Below, piece after piece: positions 44,343 to 53,613 of a DNA stretch of 64,000 bases (positions within the stretch are counted from its first letter, which is position 1; each line of letters starts with the position of its first letter). The stretch comes from Bacillales bacterium UBA4855 (GTDB taxonomy: Bacteria; Bacillota_I; Bacilli_A; RFN20; CAG-826): contig DHEH01000004.1 in NCBI GenBank assembly GCA_002399785.1, forward strand, positions 19,107-83,106, written 5' to 3'. Position numbers and translations under genes: made by a program. Below the pieces are notes generated by a model that made no database searches, was not told where the DNA came from, and was given only the letters and a program-made list of their open reading frames with translations.

Positions 44343-44954
44343 TTACTTTGCCGCTTCAACTGTTTTATCTAAACCAGTTAATTCTAAGAAATGAGGCAAT
44401 GTTTCACACCAAGCACAAAAATCATGCCACTCAGTTAATTTATGCATCTTTCTTTGTCTATACATTGTTTTTAATTCTTGATAATTTGTAACCATGGTTG
44501 CACCTAAACAAAAACCACAAGGTAATGAGGCAACTAATTCTCTCCATTTAATACCTCTTTCATTAAAACTATCTTCAGGAATTGCGTTATATTCATCTTT
44601 TATTCTAGAGACAATGGCAATAATTTCAGGGTTAGTTTCTTTAACACATTGTTTAGAAAGATCAAATTTAAGTAAGCAATGCATTGTTGATTGACTACTT
44701 ACATAATCAAACCAATGATATCTTTGAGCTTGTTTCCGCCAATATAATGGAGCAGTTATGTCAAATTCAACAACACAACCTTTTAAAAAGCAGTCGTGTC
44801 CTTCTCCACCTTTGCATCCACCAAGAAGCTTGGCTCTTTTTAAATCCTTTTCATCAACATTTTCTCTGTTGAATGCAGTTCTCATTGGGTTTCCACTTGC
44901 TTTAATAGCAAAATCAACACCAAACACTTCTGTTTTTCCTATTTTAAAATCCAT
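44343..44954 (-). CDS. ThyX-like (flavin-dependent thymidylate synthase fold) protein with a non-canonical signature motif
   Basis: 'GHDCFLKGCVVEFDITAPLYWRKQAQRYHW' parallels ThyX 'GHETPFEH..FTF.V.API...RQ..RHR'. However, the RHRxxSxxxxSxRY motif reads 'RYHWFDYVSSQSTMH'. It overlaps the folD 3' end by 16 nt. Confidence 0.4.
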   Translation of the reverse strand: MDFKIGKTEVFGVDFAIKASGNPMRTAFNRENVDEKDLKRAKLLGGCKGGEGHDCFLKGCVVEFDITAPLYWRKQAQRYHWFDYVSSQSTMHCLLKFDLSKQCVKETNPEIIAIVSRIKDEYNAIPEDSFNERGIKWRELVASLPCGFCLGATMVTNYQELKTMYRQRKMHKLTEWHDFCAWCETLPHFLELTGLDKTVEAAK

Positions 44955-45745
44955 AACTTATATGCCTCCATTAAATTTATTGTTAACGCTAAACGCGTTA
45001 GCAGTCCTACTCCACCGGGTACTGGAGATTGATATGCTACACTTAAATCATGGGCACAATCACCTTCAAGTTTTCCTTCACTATTGCGGTTGATACCAAC
45101 ATCCATAACAATAGCGTCTTTTTTAAAATTATATTCATTCTTTAAAAAATGTGATTTACCAACTGCGATAACAATTAAATCAGCGTGTTCAATATAAAAT
45201 TTCATATCTTCTTTTGAAGTGTGCGAATGAAGAATTGTAACGTTCATATTACGAGAAAGAAGCACTCTTTGCATAGGTTTTCCAACAATATTGCTTCTTC
45301 CAATAACTACCGCATTCTTCCCATCAAGTACAATTTCTTGATCCTTTAAATACGTGTCAATTCCTTTTGGAGTGGCCGGAACAAAACTAGACAAAGCATT
45401 AAATCCATCAACATCCTTTTCAGGATTAATACTTCTTTTAATTAATTCTTCATTTATTGATTTTGGTAAAGGTAATTGAACAATAAAACCAGTAACACTT
45501 TTATCTTTATTTAAACGATCAACAACTTTTAATAATTCATCTTGGGATGTTTCTATTGGTAATTTAAGTAATTCACCAATAGCTCCAATTTCATCTAAAT
45601 CCTTTAATTTTCCACGAATATACGTATTACTCGCTGGATCTTCGTTAACTTGAACAATAACCAATTTAGGTTTAGTCGTTAAAGAAAAAATAACTTTTTT
45701 ATATTCTTCTTTTTTTCTAATTGTATAATTCTTTATATCTTCCAT
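44939..45745 (-). CDS. folD: Bifunctional methylene-THF dehydrogenase / methenyl-THF cyclohydrolase
   Basis: 'ASNTYIRGK', 'GFIVQLPLP', 'TPKGI' and 'VVIGRSNIVGKPM...VPGGVG'. Confidence 0.9.
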   Translation of the reverse strand: MEDIKNYTIRKKEEYKKVIFSLTTKPKLVIVQVNEDPASNTYIRGKLKDLDEIGAIGELLKLPIETSQDELLKVVDRLNKDKSVTGFIVQLPLPKSINEELIKRSINPEKDVDGFNALSSFVPATPKGIDTYLKDQEIVLDGKNAVVIGRSNIVGKPMQRVLLSRNMNVTILHSHTSKEDMKFYIEHADLIVIAVGKSHFLKNEYNFKKDAIVMDVGINRNSEGKLEGDCAHDLSVAYQSPVPGGVGLLTRLALTINLMEAYKLWILK

Positions 45746-45831
45746 ATTTATTATTCTATCATTATTCTTCTTTTTAAAAAGCAGGAACTATATTTATCGT
45801 TTGACATAGTAAAATTTTTTCCTAAGCACTG

Positions 45832-45859
45832 TTGAGAACAATCATAAACATGATATAAT
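45832..45859 (+). promoter_or_regulatory. Candidate promoter with extended -10 for the 45882 gene
   Basis: TTGAGA (45832-45837), a 16-nt spacer and TGaTATAAT (the -10 at 45854-45859), 22 nt before the ATG. AAAGGA is a candidate SD. Confidence 0.45.
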
Positions 45860-45881
45860 TTAATGAAAGGAACACTAACAT

Positions 45882-46325
45882 ATGAATACACTAAGAGTTT
45901 TAGGATTAATGTCATTTATCGTCTTTGATGTCGCTTCACCTTTAAGTGGATGTTCAAATAATCGTAGACAAGCAAACCCTTTTAATTTTTCAAACCAAGT
46001 TGTTTACTGTTATGGTTTGAATTTTTTCATTGAAAAAGACGAAAAACAAATTTTAACTTACTCAAATACATATGTTAATTTACAACTTGACACTCTAGAT
46101 ACCACAATACTTCAAATACCAGATGGTGTTCCAGAATCTTATAAAGGATATACATTCGATGGTTGGTACCTTATGGAGCACTGCACCTTATCTGACTATA
46201 GCAATTATATTTCAATTAATAAGAAAATTGAATTTCCTTACACATACTCAAAAGAAGATATAATTAATACCGAATTCATTTATAATTCTATAATTTTCGC
46301 TCAAAAACGGACATCTAATACTTAA
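45882..46325 (+). CDS. Small lipoprotein with a Listeria-Bacteroides (Flg_new)-type repeat signature
   Basis: Lipobox 'PLSGC'. 'YKGYTFDGWY' matches the GYTF.GWY core of InlB B-repeat/Flg_new domains. Confidence 0.45.
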   Translation: MNTLRVLGLMSFIVFDVASPLSGCSNNRRQANPFNFSNQVVYCYGLNFFIEKDEKQILTYSNTYVNLQLDTLDTTILQIPDGVPESYKGYTFDGWYLMEHCTLSDYSNYISINKKIEFPYTYSKEDIINTEFIYNSIIFAQKRTSNT

Positions 46326-46330
46326 TTTTT

Positions 46331-47377
46331 ATGCATACCATAAAAATAATTTTATTCTCCTTAATGCATTTAGTTGTTGATGGAATTTGTGGATTTGTTA
46401 TTTTTTCGTCATTATATCCACTTGTCAGTCTAAGTAACGCTTTTATTATCTTTATTTTATATAATTTTTGCGCCTTTGCGCTTCAACCATTGACCGGTTT
46501 TTTAATAGATAAATTTAATTACGATAAACTAATATTAATTTGCCTAACTTTTGTTCTTGCCCTCTGTTTATGTGTTAATCTTAATCCATTTTTTTCTTGT
46601 ATTTTATTAGGAATAGCAAACGCCTTTTTTCATACAATCGGAGGAAAATATGTTCTTAAAAATAAACAAAATAGTATGTCTTTACAAGGGTTATTTGTTT
46701 CTTTAGGAGCGATTGGCCTTGCTTTAGGCTCGTATTTTTATGGCAATATCTTAAAAATAATTTTTTTATTTTTGATTTTTACTCTTCTTACTTTATTGGT
46801 ATTTTTAAAAGATAAAACCAATGATAAAGAAACGGATGAGAAAGCAACAAACGATTCAAAAATAAAAAAATTATTTCCAAGAGAGATTATCATAATTATA
46901 GTATTGTTATTAATCGTCACATTTGTAAGAGCATTTTGTAATAAAGGGACAAGTTATTCTTGGAATATTAATAAAAATACGATTCTTTTAATAAGCATAA
47001 TTACAGCACTAGGAAAAATAATTGGCGGGGTATTGGGAGATAAATTTGGAATTAGAAATACAATTTTGATGTCTTTTATTATCTCCTTTATTTCAATATT
47101 TTTAACTGGTAAAAACATGTACTTAGATTTTGTATCAATATTAGCAATTAACTTCTCAATGCCAATTACGTTGTTTTTATTGAATAAATCATTTCCTAAT
47201 CACGAGGGTTTTAATTTCGGCCTTTTAGCCGCAGTATTATTTCCAGGATATCTTGTTGGAATGAATGAATTTATTTCATTTAACATCATAATTTTTGCTC
47301 CAATTGCAATAATTATATCTACCGCTTCGCTTGTTTTTGTTCATTATAAGGAAAATAAATATGGAATTATTCACTAA
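46331..47377 (+). CDS. Polytopic membrane protein, MFS-like
   Basis: About 10 hydrophobic segments in two halves. 'LTGFLIDKFNYDK' and 'GKIIGGVLGDKFGIRN' resemble MFS motif A. Confidence 0.35.
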   Translation: MHTIKIILFSLMHLVVDGICGFVIFSSLYPLVSLSNAFIIFILYNFCAFALQPLTGFLIDKFNYDKLILICLTFVLALCLCVNLNPFFSCILLGIANAFFHTIGGKYVLKNKQNSMSLQGLFVSLGAIGLALGSYFYGNILKIIFLFLIFTLLTLLVFLKDKTNDKETDEKATNDSKIKKLFPREIIIIIVLLLIVTFVRAFCNKGTSYSWNINKNTILLISIITALGKIIGGVLGDKFGIRNTILMSFIISFISIFLTGKNMYLDFVSILAINFSMPITLFLLNKSFPNHEGFNFGLLAAVLFPGYLVGMNEFISFNIIIFAPIAIIISTASLVFVHYKENKYGIIH

Positions 47378-47708
47378 TATCTTATATGCATATTTCTTAA
47401 CTGTTATTATTGAACTGATTACTATTTGTAGTTTTTATAAAGATAAACAGAAAATCGTTTATTTTTCATTACTGATTAATGCAATTACTAATATTCCGCT
47501 CACAATCATCATTTATTTTTTACCCACTAATATTCCTCAATACGCAATTATAATTCCTTTAGAGATATTGATATTTGTAATAGAAGCTCTCTTTTATGCT
47601 TTTCTCGACAAAAAAGCATACAAAAAGGGATTTTTAGTATCCCTTATTGCAAATTCATCAAGTGTTATCTTCGGATTAATCCTTAATTTAATTATTTTGT
47701 TAATTTAA
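47361..47708 (+). CDS. Small 4-TM membrane protein
   Basis: I set the start at MELFTN (AAGGA SD), overlapping the upstream gene by 17 nt. I recognise no family. Confidence 0.3.
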   Translation: MELFTNILYAYFLTVIIELITICSFYKDKQKIVYFSLLINAITNIPLTIIIYFLPTNIPQYAIIIPLEILIFVIEALFYAFLDKKAYKKGFLVSLIANSSSVIFGLILNLIILLI

Positions 47709-49380
47709 GGTCTTCCTCCACCGTGTCCTCCACTACCAGGTCCACCGCCTTGATTGCCAGTATTGGTTGTACCAATAGTAGTCAAATAGATGAAATTACA
47801 GCATCAGTTGTTTTTGTATCACCTAAATATATTCCATAAGTCGATCCACTCTTTATTTCTGGACAAGAAATAATGACTGATTGACAGGTTTTTGGTTGTC
47901 ATACTAACTAAAGAAGTGTTGCTACTATCTTGCAAATCTATATATGTATTAGCGCTAATTGTCGAACTTTGGGCATAAGAAATAACATATTAAGTTGAAG
48001 AAACAGATGGAGTTTCGACCATTCCTAAAGCTCCAACCGCTATCAAATATCCACCGTTACTATCGAGAGAAGCATTTCCTCCATTAGTAGGTCCATTTAC
48101 ATATGTATAACCACCGTTAAATAACAATGTTCCGTTGCTATCAATGCCATCGCCATCGGCATTTACAGTGATTTCACCTTCATTAATAATAATATGACAA
48201 TTAGTATTATTTATTGAGCCTTGACTATTAGTTCCATCAGCAGCATTTATACCATCATCACCAGTACTAATCGTTATTGTTCCGCCTGAAATTACTGATT
48301 CTCCATTAGAATGAATTGCATCGTCATTTGAATTTATGTCAATAGTTCCACCTTTAATCAGCACACAATATTTTTCAGATTTTAATTCTAATTCATCGGT
48401 GCTATCACCAACAGTATAATCAATGCAACCAGCTTTTATGCCTTTTCCATCAACTGCATCTGAACTAGATTCGTTTATATTTGTAGTTGCTCCACCATTA
48501 GTTTTTATATTAATTGTTCCGCTAACAATATCAACAAAAGTGTCTCCTTGAATTCCGTCACCAGTTCCACTTGATGTTAATTTTAAAGTTGATGAATCAA
48601 CATAAACAAAACCTTTTTCATATGTAAAAACCACTTCACTAGCACTAGTTACAACATCGTAATTAATTTCAGCATGAATAACATCGCTATTAACTGTATT
48701 TCCAGTAATATTTGCATTCTTTAAAATAATAGATTCTGCATTTAAAGCGCAACCCCCAGTAGAGGTAGCAACAATTGTTCCGCCTAAAACTTTTAAAGTT
48801 CCGTCGCAACTTATACAATCGTCAGTCGCTTGAATTGTTCAAGATCCGCTTCCTTGTATAGTAACATTACCATCGCCACCAATTGCATCACAATCTTCAT
48901 ATGTTGTTGTAACAGAATTAGTGGTTCCACTAACAAGCACAATAGTTATATCAGACTTGGCATTGACAACCTTTTTATCAGTAGATTTTGTTAGAGTTAC
49001 TCCCATTAAAATATAAAACAACATTGGTCAAACTTTTAACAACTTTAAGTTGATAAGCGCCTAAATCAATATTTCCACTAATTTTGTAAGATCCATCACT
49101 TTTTATTTCGATATCTTTACTTAAAGCAGCTGTTGGAGAAATATCGGTAGCTCCTGACACATCTTCAGTAATTAAATCGGTAGATATTTTTTCCAATTTG
49201 AGTATCAATCGAACTTGAGCTAACACTATTTGTTTCGGTAGGAACATCGTCTACGACTCCGCCGCCACCCAAAGTATCACCAGGATTATCGAATGCAGTA
49301 CTACTGCCACACCCAATTAAAGTACAGCTCATTAACGCTAATATCATTGAAAGACATAGAATAGAACGGTTTTTCTTCAT
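47705..49380 (-). pseudogene. Decayed gene for a beta-helix surface lipoprotein (Cthe_2159 / carbohydrate-binding-domain-like, GDGIDSNG repeats)
   Basis: The N-terminal lipobox 'TLIGC' lies at 49380. The reading frame breaks at a T6 run (49187-49192) and a C3 run (49001-49003). There is an in-frame TGA (48839-48841) and an in-frame TAA (47990-47992), then two further frame changes before a recognisable 'TTIGTTNTGNQGGGPGSGGHGGGRP*' tail. The four ORF-track fragments are colinear pieces of one gene. Confidence 0.75.
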
Positions 49381-49438
49381 ATAAAATCCTCATTATTTTT
49401 TTTATTATAGATATAGATTGAAAATTGTAAATAACAAT

Positions 49439-49909
49439 CCACCAGCCTAGCTGGTGGTTTTTCTTTTTCAGGCACTTAAGCCCTCTAATACAAGCAGCCA
49501 CATGTTGTGGCAGCAAACGGACCAACACTTGCTTCTTTTACCTGCTACCCATTAATGGGTCGTCATGAAACTCAATATTTAGTTGTACTATTTCTTCATC
49601 TTCTTTTAATTGATTTTGAATGTACGCTTTAATTTTTGCTGTATTCTTCCCAACTGTGTCTACGTAAAAACCTCGACACCAAAACTGTCTGTTTCTATAT
49701 TTGAATTTCATATTTCCCCGTCTTTCATAAATCATCAAACTCGATTTGCCTTTCAAGAATCCAACCACACCAGAAACAGACAACTTTGGTGGAATCTCGA
49801 TCGACATATGACTCCATTCTTAAATTGCGTTGGTCCGCATATTTATTGTAAAGGAGTTTTTGTTTTGGCAAAACTATAAGTTTTTTTGAACCCCCTGACT
49901 ATCAGGGGG
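49439..49909 (-). mobile_element. IS200/IS605-family remnant (truncated tnpA flanked by GC-rich hairpins)
   Basis: Hairpins CCACCAGC-CTA-GCTGGTGG (49439-49457) and CCCCCTGA-CTA-TCAGGGGG (49891-49909) bracket the tnpA fragment. A 9-bp inverted repeat, CGGACCAAC (49518-49526) / GTTGGTCCG (49829-49837), also flanks it. The local GC content is visibly higher than the surroundings. Confidence 0.5.
49538..49807 (-). pseudogene. 5'-truncated IS200-type Y1 transposase (TnpA) fragment
   Basis: 'IPPKLSVSGVVGFLKGKSSLMIYE', 'FWCRGFYVDTVG' and 'IKAYIQNQ' (the catalytic Tyr helix) match the C-terminal half of TnpA_IS200. The N-terminal half with the HUH motif is absent. Confidence 0.7.
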
Positions 49910-49961
49910 TTTTGACTCAAAATCACTCCACGTTGTCTCCGTGATTTCTTATACAATAAAA

Positions 49962-49982
49962 AAGTTGGTTTGAAACCAACTT
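49962..49982 (-). terminator. Rho-independent terminator after secG
   Basis: AAGTTGGTT-TGA-AACCAACTT (9-bp stem), with a flanking A-run and T-run, about 20 nt past the stop. Confidence 0.6.
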
Positions 49983-50002
49983 TATTTTAGAAACTTATAT
50001 AA

Positions 50003-50329
50003 TTATTTAATTAATAACAACAAATAATTAATAGCATTAACAATTGCTGTGGTGCCGTCGCCAGTTGTTGTACCATCACCAGTTGATTCAGTAGGAGCTT
50101 TAGTTAAAACATTACTAAGTAATGCTAAGAATAAAAATACAATTCCAAATCCCAAAGTAAGATAACTAATGATTAGTTCACTACCTCTTTCTTTGGTTTT
50201 AACGAAGACATTTAATCCGCCGCCTGTAATGGCACCAGAAGCACCTTCGCTCTTTCCGCCTTGGAGTAAACCTAAAATAATGATAATAACAGCAACAAAC
50301 CAAAATATATAATCGTACCATTGAAGCAT
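50003..50329 (-). CDS. secG: Preprotein translocase subunit SecG with a T/G/D-rich C-terminal extension
   Basis: Two TMs joined by the Gly-rich loop 'LLQGGKSEGASGAITGGGLNVF.KTKERG', which is typical of SecG. The extra tail contains 'TGDGTTTGDGTT'. Confidence 0.7.
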   Translation of the reverse strand: MLQWYDYIFWFVAVIIIILGLLQGGKSEGASGAITGGGLNVFVKTKERGSELIISYLTLGFGIVFLFLALLSNVLTKAPTESTGDGTTTGDGTTAIVNAINYLLLLIK

Positions 50330-50403
50330 ATTACGTTCCTCCTAAGCCACTATATTTTATAACAAAGATTCAATATAATCAAACACCAATTTTAACTAGA
50401 AAA

Positions 50404-50832
50404 TTATAGCTTTTTCCCACATTTTTTGCAGTATTCAGCATCAGCATCGTTTGTCGCTCCACAGCTACATTTTTTAACTAAACATTGACCACAAGATTCA
50501 CAATATGTTGCGCTCGAATCATTGATGTGTCCACATTTTTGACAAACTATTTGCTCTTCGCTTCTTGATGCTACACTCTTAATTTCAAATTGATCAGATT
50601 TATAATTTATAGAATTATCATTTGACATATTAATTACATTATTTTTATTTATTGAATTAGATGAATTAATAAATCCATTCTTTCTTTTGTAAATACCAAG
50701 AAAAATCGAGCCCAAAAATAGAACTCCCATGGCGCATATACAAAGAATAAAACCAATCATAAATTCACTTCCTAATAGAACAGAAGAAATCATCCCGCCT
50801 ATAAACATTGCTATTCCAACCCTTCGCAACAA
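50404..50832 (-). CDS. Membrane-anchored double zinc-ribbon protein
   Basis: Two N-terminal TMs, then 'CQKCGH....CESCG' and 'CSCGA....CKKCG' CxxC pairs. Confidence 0.55.
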   Translation of the reverse strand: MLRRVGIAMFIGGMISSVLLGSEFMIGFILCICAMGVLFLGSIFLGIYKRKNGFINSSNSINKNNVINMSNDNSINYKSDQFEIKSVASRSEEQIVCQKCGHINDSSATYCESCGQCLVKKCSCGATNDADAEYCKKCGKKL

Positions 50833-51015
50833 ACACCTAAAATTTCATAAACTTTCCCTTTTTTATCATCACTTTTTTTATTCTTATTTTCATCCATATT
50901 TTTACCTGAAAGTATTATATCAAATATAATAAAGTTTGATTAAAATTATATAACAATTTATGCAAAACAACGATATCTTGTGTTATATTTTTTAGCCTTA
51001 AAGTATAATATAAAC

Positions 51016-51870
51016 ATGAAATATTTAATAATTTTAAATAGCGACATCATTCACGATTTAACTATTAGTCAAGCAATTAAAATCAACATCAATCAAAACC
51101 AAAACAACTCTTATTATGTATATGGTCCTCTAGAAATGTTAGGATCTTTAACTGGTTTCGAGAATGTCTTTACACAAGACACAAATAATATTGAAGAATC
51201 CTATGAAAAAGCATTTTTCGAAGCGAAAAACTCTAAAGTTCGTTATTGTTTTATTGTTTTTGATCAAGATACTAATTTGATTAATATATTAAATAAAGAA
51301 TTTCCAAATGAATCTATATTCAAATTTAAATTGCATTCTGTTTATGGACAAAAAAACAAGACTCTCTTAATTTCTCCAAATGATAACGATTTATCAAAGG
51401 ATAGAATTAAAGAAACCTTAATTAATGTTTCTCGTTATTTTTCAAAAAACGATAATAAAGAAAAAACATTTAAAATTACAGATAATTTAATTTCTGATAA
51501 TAATTTATTATTGAATTATTCCAAAGAAAACAATAATTATCTCGGCACAGTGGCTTTTGATGATATGTTTTCACCTCAATCCGATTTATTAATTACAAAT
51601 AATTATAATTTTGATGATATCACAAAATATGGTTACAAAATGTTTGATGTTTACAAACGCCTTCTTTCCGAAGTTGAATCAACTAGTATTATGTACTCTT
51701 TAGTCAAAAATTATCTAATAAAAATTGATTCAAAAGTTGATCAAAGTTTCGATAGAACTGTTGGTTATTTTTATACTGCTTATTCCAATTACAAAAACAC
51801 TTTTATCGCATTAAAAAATGCCGCTAGAATGAGCGACATTTTAACTGCATTTTTTATTGGCTTATATTAA
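51016..51870 (+). CDS. Hypothetical N/K-rich cytoplasmic protein
   Basis: I set the start at MKYLIILNS. TATAAT (51004-51009) lies 6 nt upstream and there is no SD. I cannot assign a family with confidence. Confidence 0.35.
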   Translation: MKYLIILNSDIIHDLTISQAIKININQNQNNSYYVYGPLEMLGSLTGFENVFTQDTNNIEESYEKAFFEAKNSKVRYCFIVFDQDTNLINILNKEFPNESIFKFKLHSVYGQKNKTLLISPNDNDLSKDRIKETLINVSRYFSKNDNKEKTFKITDNLISDNNLLLNYSKENNNYLGTVAFDDMFSPQSDLLITNNYNFDDITKYGYKMFDVYKRLLSEVESTSIMYSLVKNYLIKIDSKVDQSFDRTVGYFYTAYSNYKNTFIALKNAARMSDILTAFFIGLY

Positions 51871-52170
51871 TTAAGCAAAAACTTTAAAGTAAATTAATAA
51901 AAATATTAATAACCCTTGCAACAATGTTTCGATGATTCCAGAAATTAAAAACACTCTTTTATGCATCGAATCTTCTAACCTAAAATCAGAAAAGATATAA
52001 AACAATAATAAGATTGGACCGCCAAAAAATATACAAGACAAAGCCATTTCAATAGGTTTTGGTGTTTTTTGGCCACCTCTTAGTTTTTTTAAATAGTTGA
52101 TCATCAATAAATAACTACTTAATAAACCTAAAATAACGACAAGTATTAATATATAAAATGGTAAATTCAT
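51871..52170 (-). CDS. Small 3-TM membrane protein
   Basis: 99-aa hydrophobic ORF. I recognise no family. Confidence 0.3.
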   Translation of the reverse strand: MNLPFYILILVVILGLLSSYLLMINYLKKLRGGQKTPKPIEMALSCIFFGGPILLLFYIFSDFRLEDSMHKRVFLISGIIETLLQGLLIFLLIYFKVFA

Positions 52171-52269
52171 GTATTCTTGTATTCTAAATTCTGTTCTTAG
52201 GATAACAGGAGAATACTTTCCTTTCTTGAGAATGATTTAACTTAAGAGTCCCCTTATTTGATATAATCA

Positions 52270-52430
52270 ATATGCTGTGGATTTGTTTCTATGCTTTTAA
52301 CGCTTTGACGTTTTAAGGAGACTCTTATCACAGCTTTTATTTTGGAGTAGTTATTAGTTAGATAACGCTAGACGTTTCATTTCGCACAAGCTTCTACTTT
52401 AATAAAAGCTCCGTGGAAACACAGCACATA
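52270..52430 (+). ncRNA. Candidate bridge RNA (IS110-family guide RNA) in the 5' non-coding end
   Basis: An extended -10 (TGATATAAT, 52259-52267) precedes two long stem-loops. The first is GCTGTG (52274-52279) / CACAGC (52330-52335). The second is AGCTTTTATT (52333-52342) / AATAAAAGCT (52401-52410), a perfect 10-bp stem. An internal 11-mer, TTAAGGAGACT (52313-52323), is perfectly complementary to 53734-53744. Confidence 0.4.
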
Positions 52431-52443
52431 GGAGGTGACTATC

Positions 52444-53613
52444 ATGTCATATTACGTTGGCATAGACATTGCCAAATTTAAACACGACTGCTTCATCGTG
52501 ACCGGCGATGGAGAAGTTGTCCGAGCCTCATTCTCGTTTCCTAATAACGAAGATGGGTTCAAAGAACTTAAAGCAGCTTTAGATCAACTTGACCATTCTC
52601 AAAAAATAAAAGTTGGTTTAGAAGCTACTGGTCATTACGGAAGGAACCTTAAATTGTTCCTGACATCCATTGGTTATGAGTATTCTGAATTAAACCCATA
52701 CCTGGTTAAGAAATACTCTGAATCAATCACATTGAGACGAACCAAGACTAACAAGAAGAATGCGATGCTAATTGCAAAGTACCTTCAATTTGAAGCTTCT
52801 AAATCCAACCAAGAATTATCTTACACTATTTATGATCTAAAGACCTTAACGAGAAGTAGAGATAAACTTGTAAGAACCAGAAGCAACGAGCTTGTTATCA
52901 TTACAAATTGCTTGGATAGAATGTTCCCAGAATATAAAAGTTTCTTCGGTCGGAAGCTAGGAAAATGTGCTTTGACGATACTTGAGAAGTACCAAACCCC
53001 AGATAAGATTGCTAAGATGAATGATTCAACAATTGTCAAGATGCATAACATCTCAAGATCAATATCAGTTAATAAGTTGATCCGTTTAAAGAATCTAGCA
53101 AAAGTAACTGTAGGTCATTCTTCTAAAAGCGATGTATTTATCATGGGACAATCTATCAAACGCTTTAATATGATTGATGAAGACATTACTGAGATAGAAG
53201 AAGAAATAAAGGCAATGATGAAGGAAATAAAATCGTCAATTGAAACAATTCCAGGTATAGGGACTATTTCTGCTGCATCAATTATTGCCGAATTCGGTGA
53301 TATCAAACGCTTTTCAAATTCTTCAAAAATGCTTGCTTATGCTGGACTAGAATGTTCTAAGCATCAGTCAGGACAAGAGGATTTTAAAGGAAAAATGGTT
53401 AAACATGGGTCTGAACATCTTAGATATGTGCTTACGAATGTAGCTGTTACGGTAAAGAATTTTTCACCAACATTTGCCTCATACTATCTAAAGAAAAGAG
53501 ATGAGGGCAAATGCTATCGAGTCGCTCTTAACCACGTAGTTAAGAAACTATTAAGACTGATATTTAAACTTACATCTACTGACACACAATATAATCTCAG
53601 TTTGTCTAAATAA
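52444..53613 (+). CDS. IS110-family transposase (DEDD recombinase)
   Basis: I set the start at MSYYVGIDIAKFKHD (AGGAGG SD 8 nt upstream). 'GLEATGHYG' and the C-terminal 'IPGIGTISAASIIAEFGDIKRFSNSSKMLAYAGL' are the DEDD_Tnp_IS110 and Transposase_20 signatures. Confidence 0.9.
   Translation: MSYYVGIDIAKFKHDCFIVTGDGEVVRASFSFPNNEDGFKELKAALDQLDHSQKIKVGLEATGHYGRNLKLFLTSIGYEYSELNPYLVKKYSESITLRRTKTNKKNAMLIAKYLQFEASKSNQELSYTIYDLKTLTRSRDKLVRTRSNELVIITNCLDRMFPEYKSFFGRKLGKCALTILEKYQTPDKIAKMNDSTIVKMHNISRSISVNKLIRLKNLAKVTVGHSSKSDVFIMGQSIKRFNMIDEDITEIEEEIKAMMKEIKSSIETIPGIGTISAASIIAEFGDIKRFSNSSKMLAYAGLECSKHQSGQEDFKGKMVKHGSEHLRYVLTNVAVTVKNFSPTFASYYLKKRDEGKCYRVALNHVVKKLLRLIFKLTSTDTQYNLSLSK

Noticed and set aside
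48839-48841. The in-frame TGA inside the surface-protein gene could mean TGA=Trp (genetic code 4, as in many Mollicutes) or selenocysteine.
   Set aside because: Every other long gene in the window is uninterrupted under code 11 and encodes Trp with TGG. Several genes terminate with TGA, for example the cooC-like gene. The same locus also carries a TAA and multiple frameshifts, and no SECIS-like hairpin follows. It is a nonsense lesion in a pseudogene.
49301-49879. ORFs 49301-49528 (minus) and 49610-49879 (plus) around the IS200 remnant.
   Set aside because: The first spans the GC-rich hairpin region and the pseudogene promoter, and has no recognisable domain. The second is antisense to the tnpA fragment. 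Both are better explained as non-coding IS debris.
50030-50090. The tandem TGDGTT-TGDGTT in the SecG tail as a functional repeat.
   Set aside because: It is only two short copies in a low-complexity extension, with no further repeats at the DNA level. It is most likely simple slippage.
52171-52240. The GTATTCT / AGAATAC inverted repeat and TATTCT direct repeats left of the IS110 element, as terminal repeats of the IS.
   Set aside because: IS110-family elements generally lack terminal inverted repeats. The repeats are 7 bp, AT-rich, and overlap the likely promoter of the divergent 51871-52170 gene. Chance or promoter structure is the simpler explanation.
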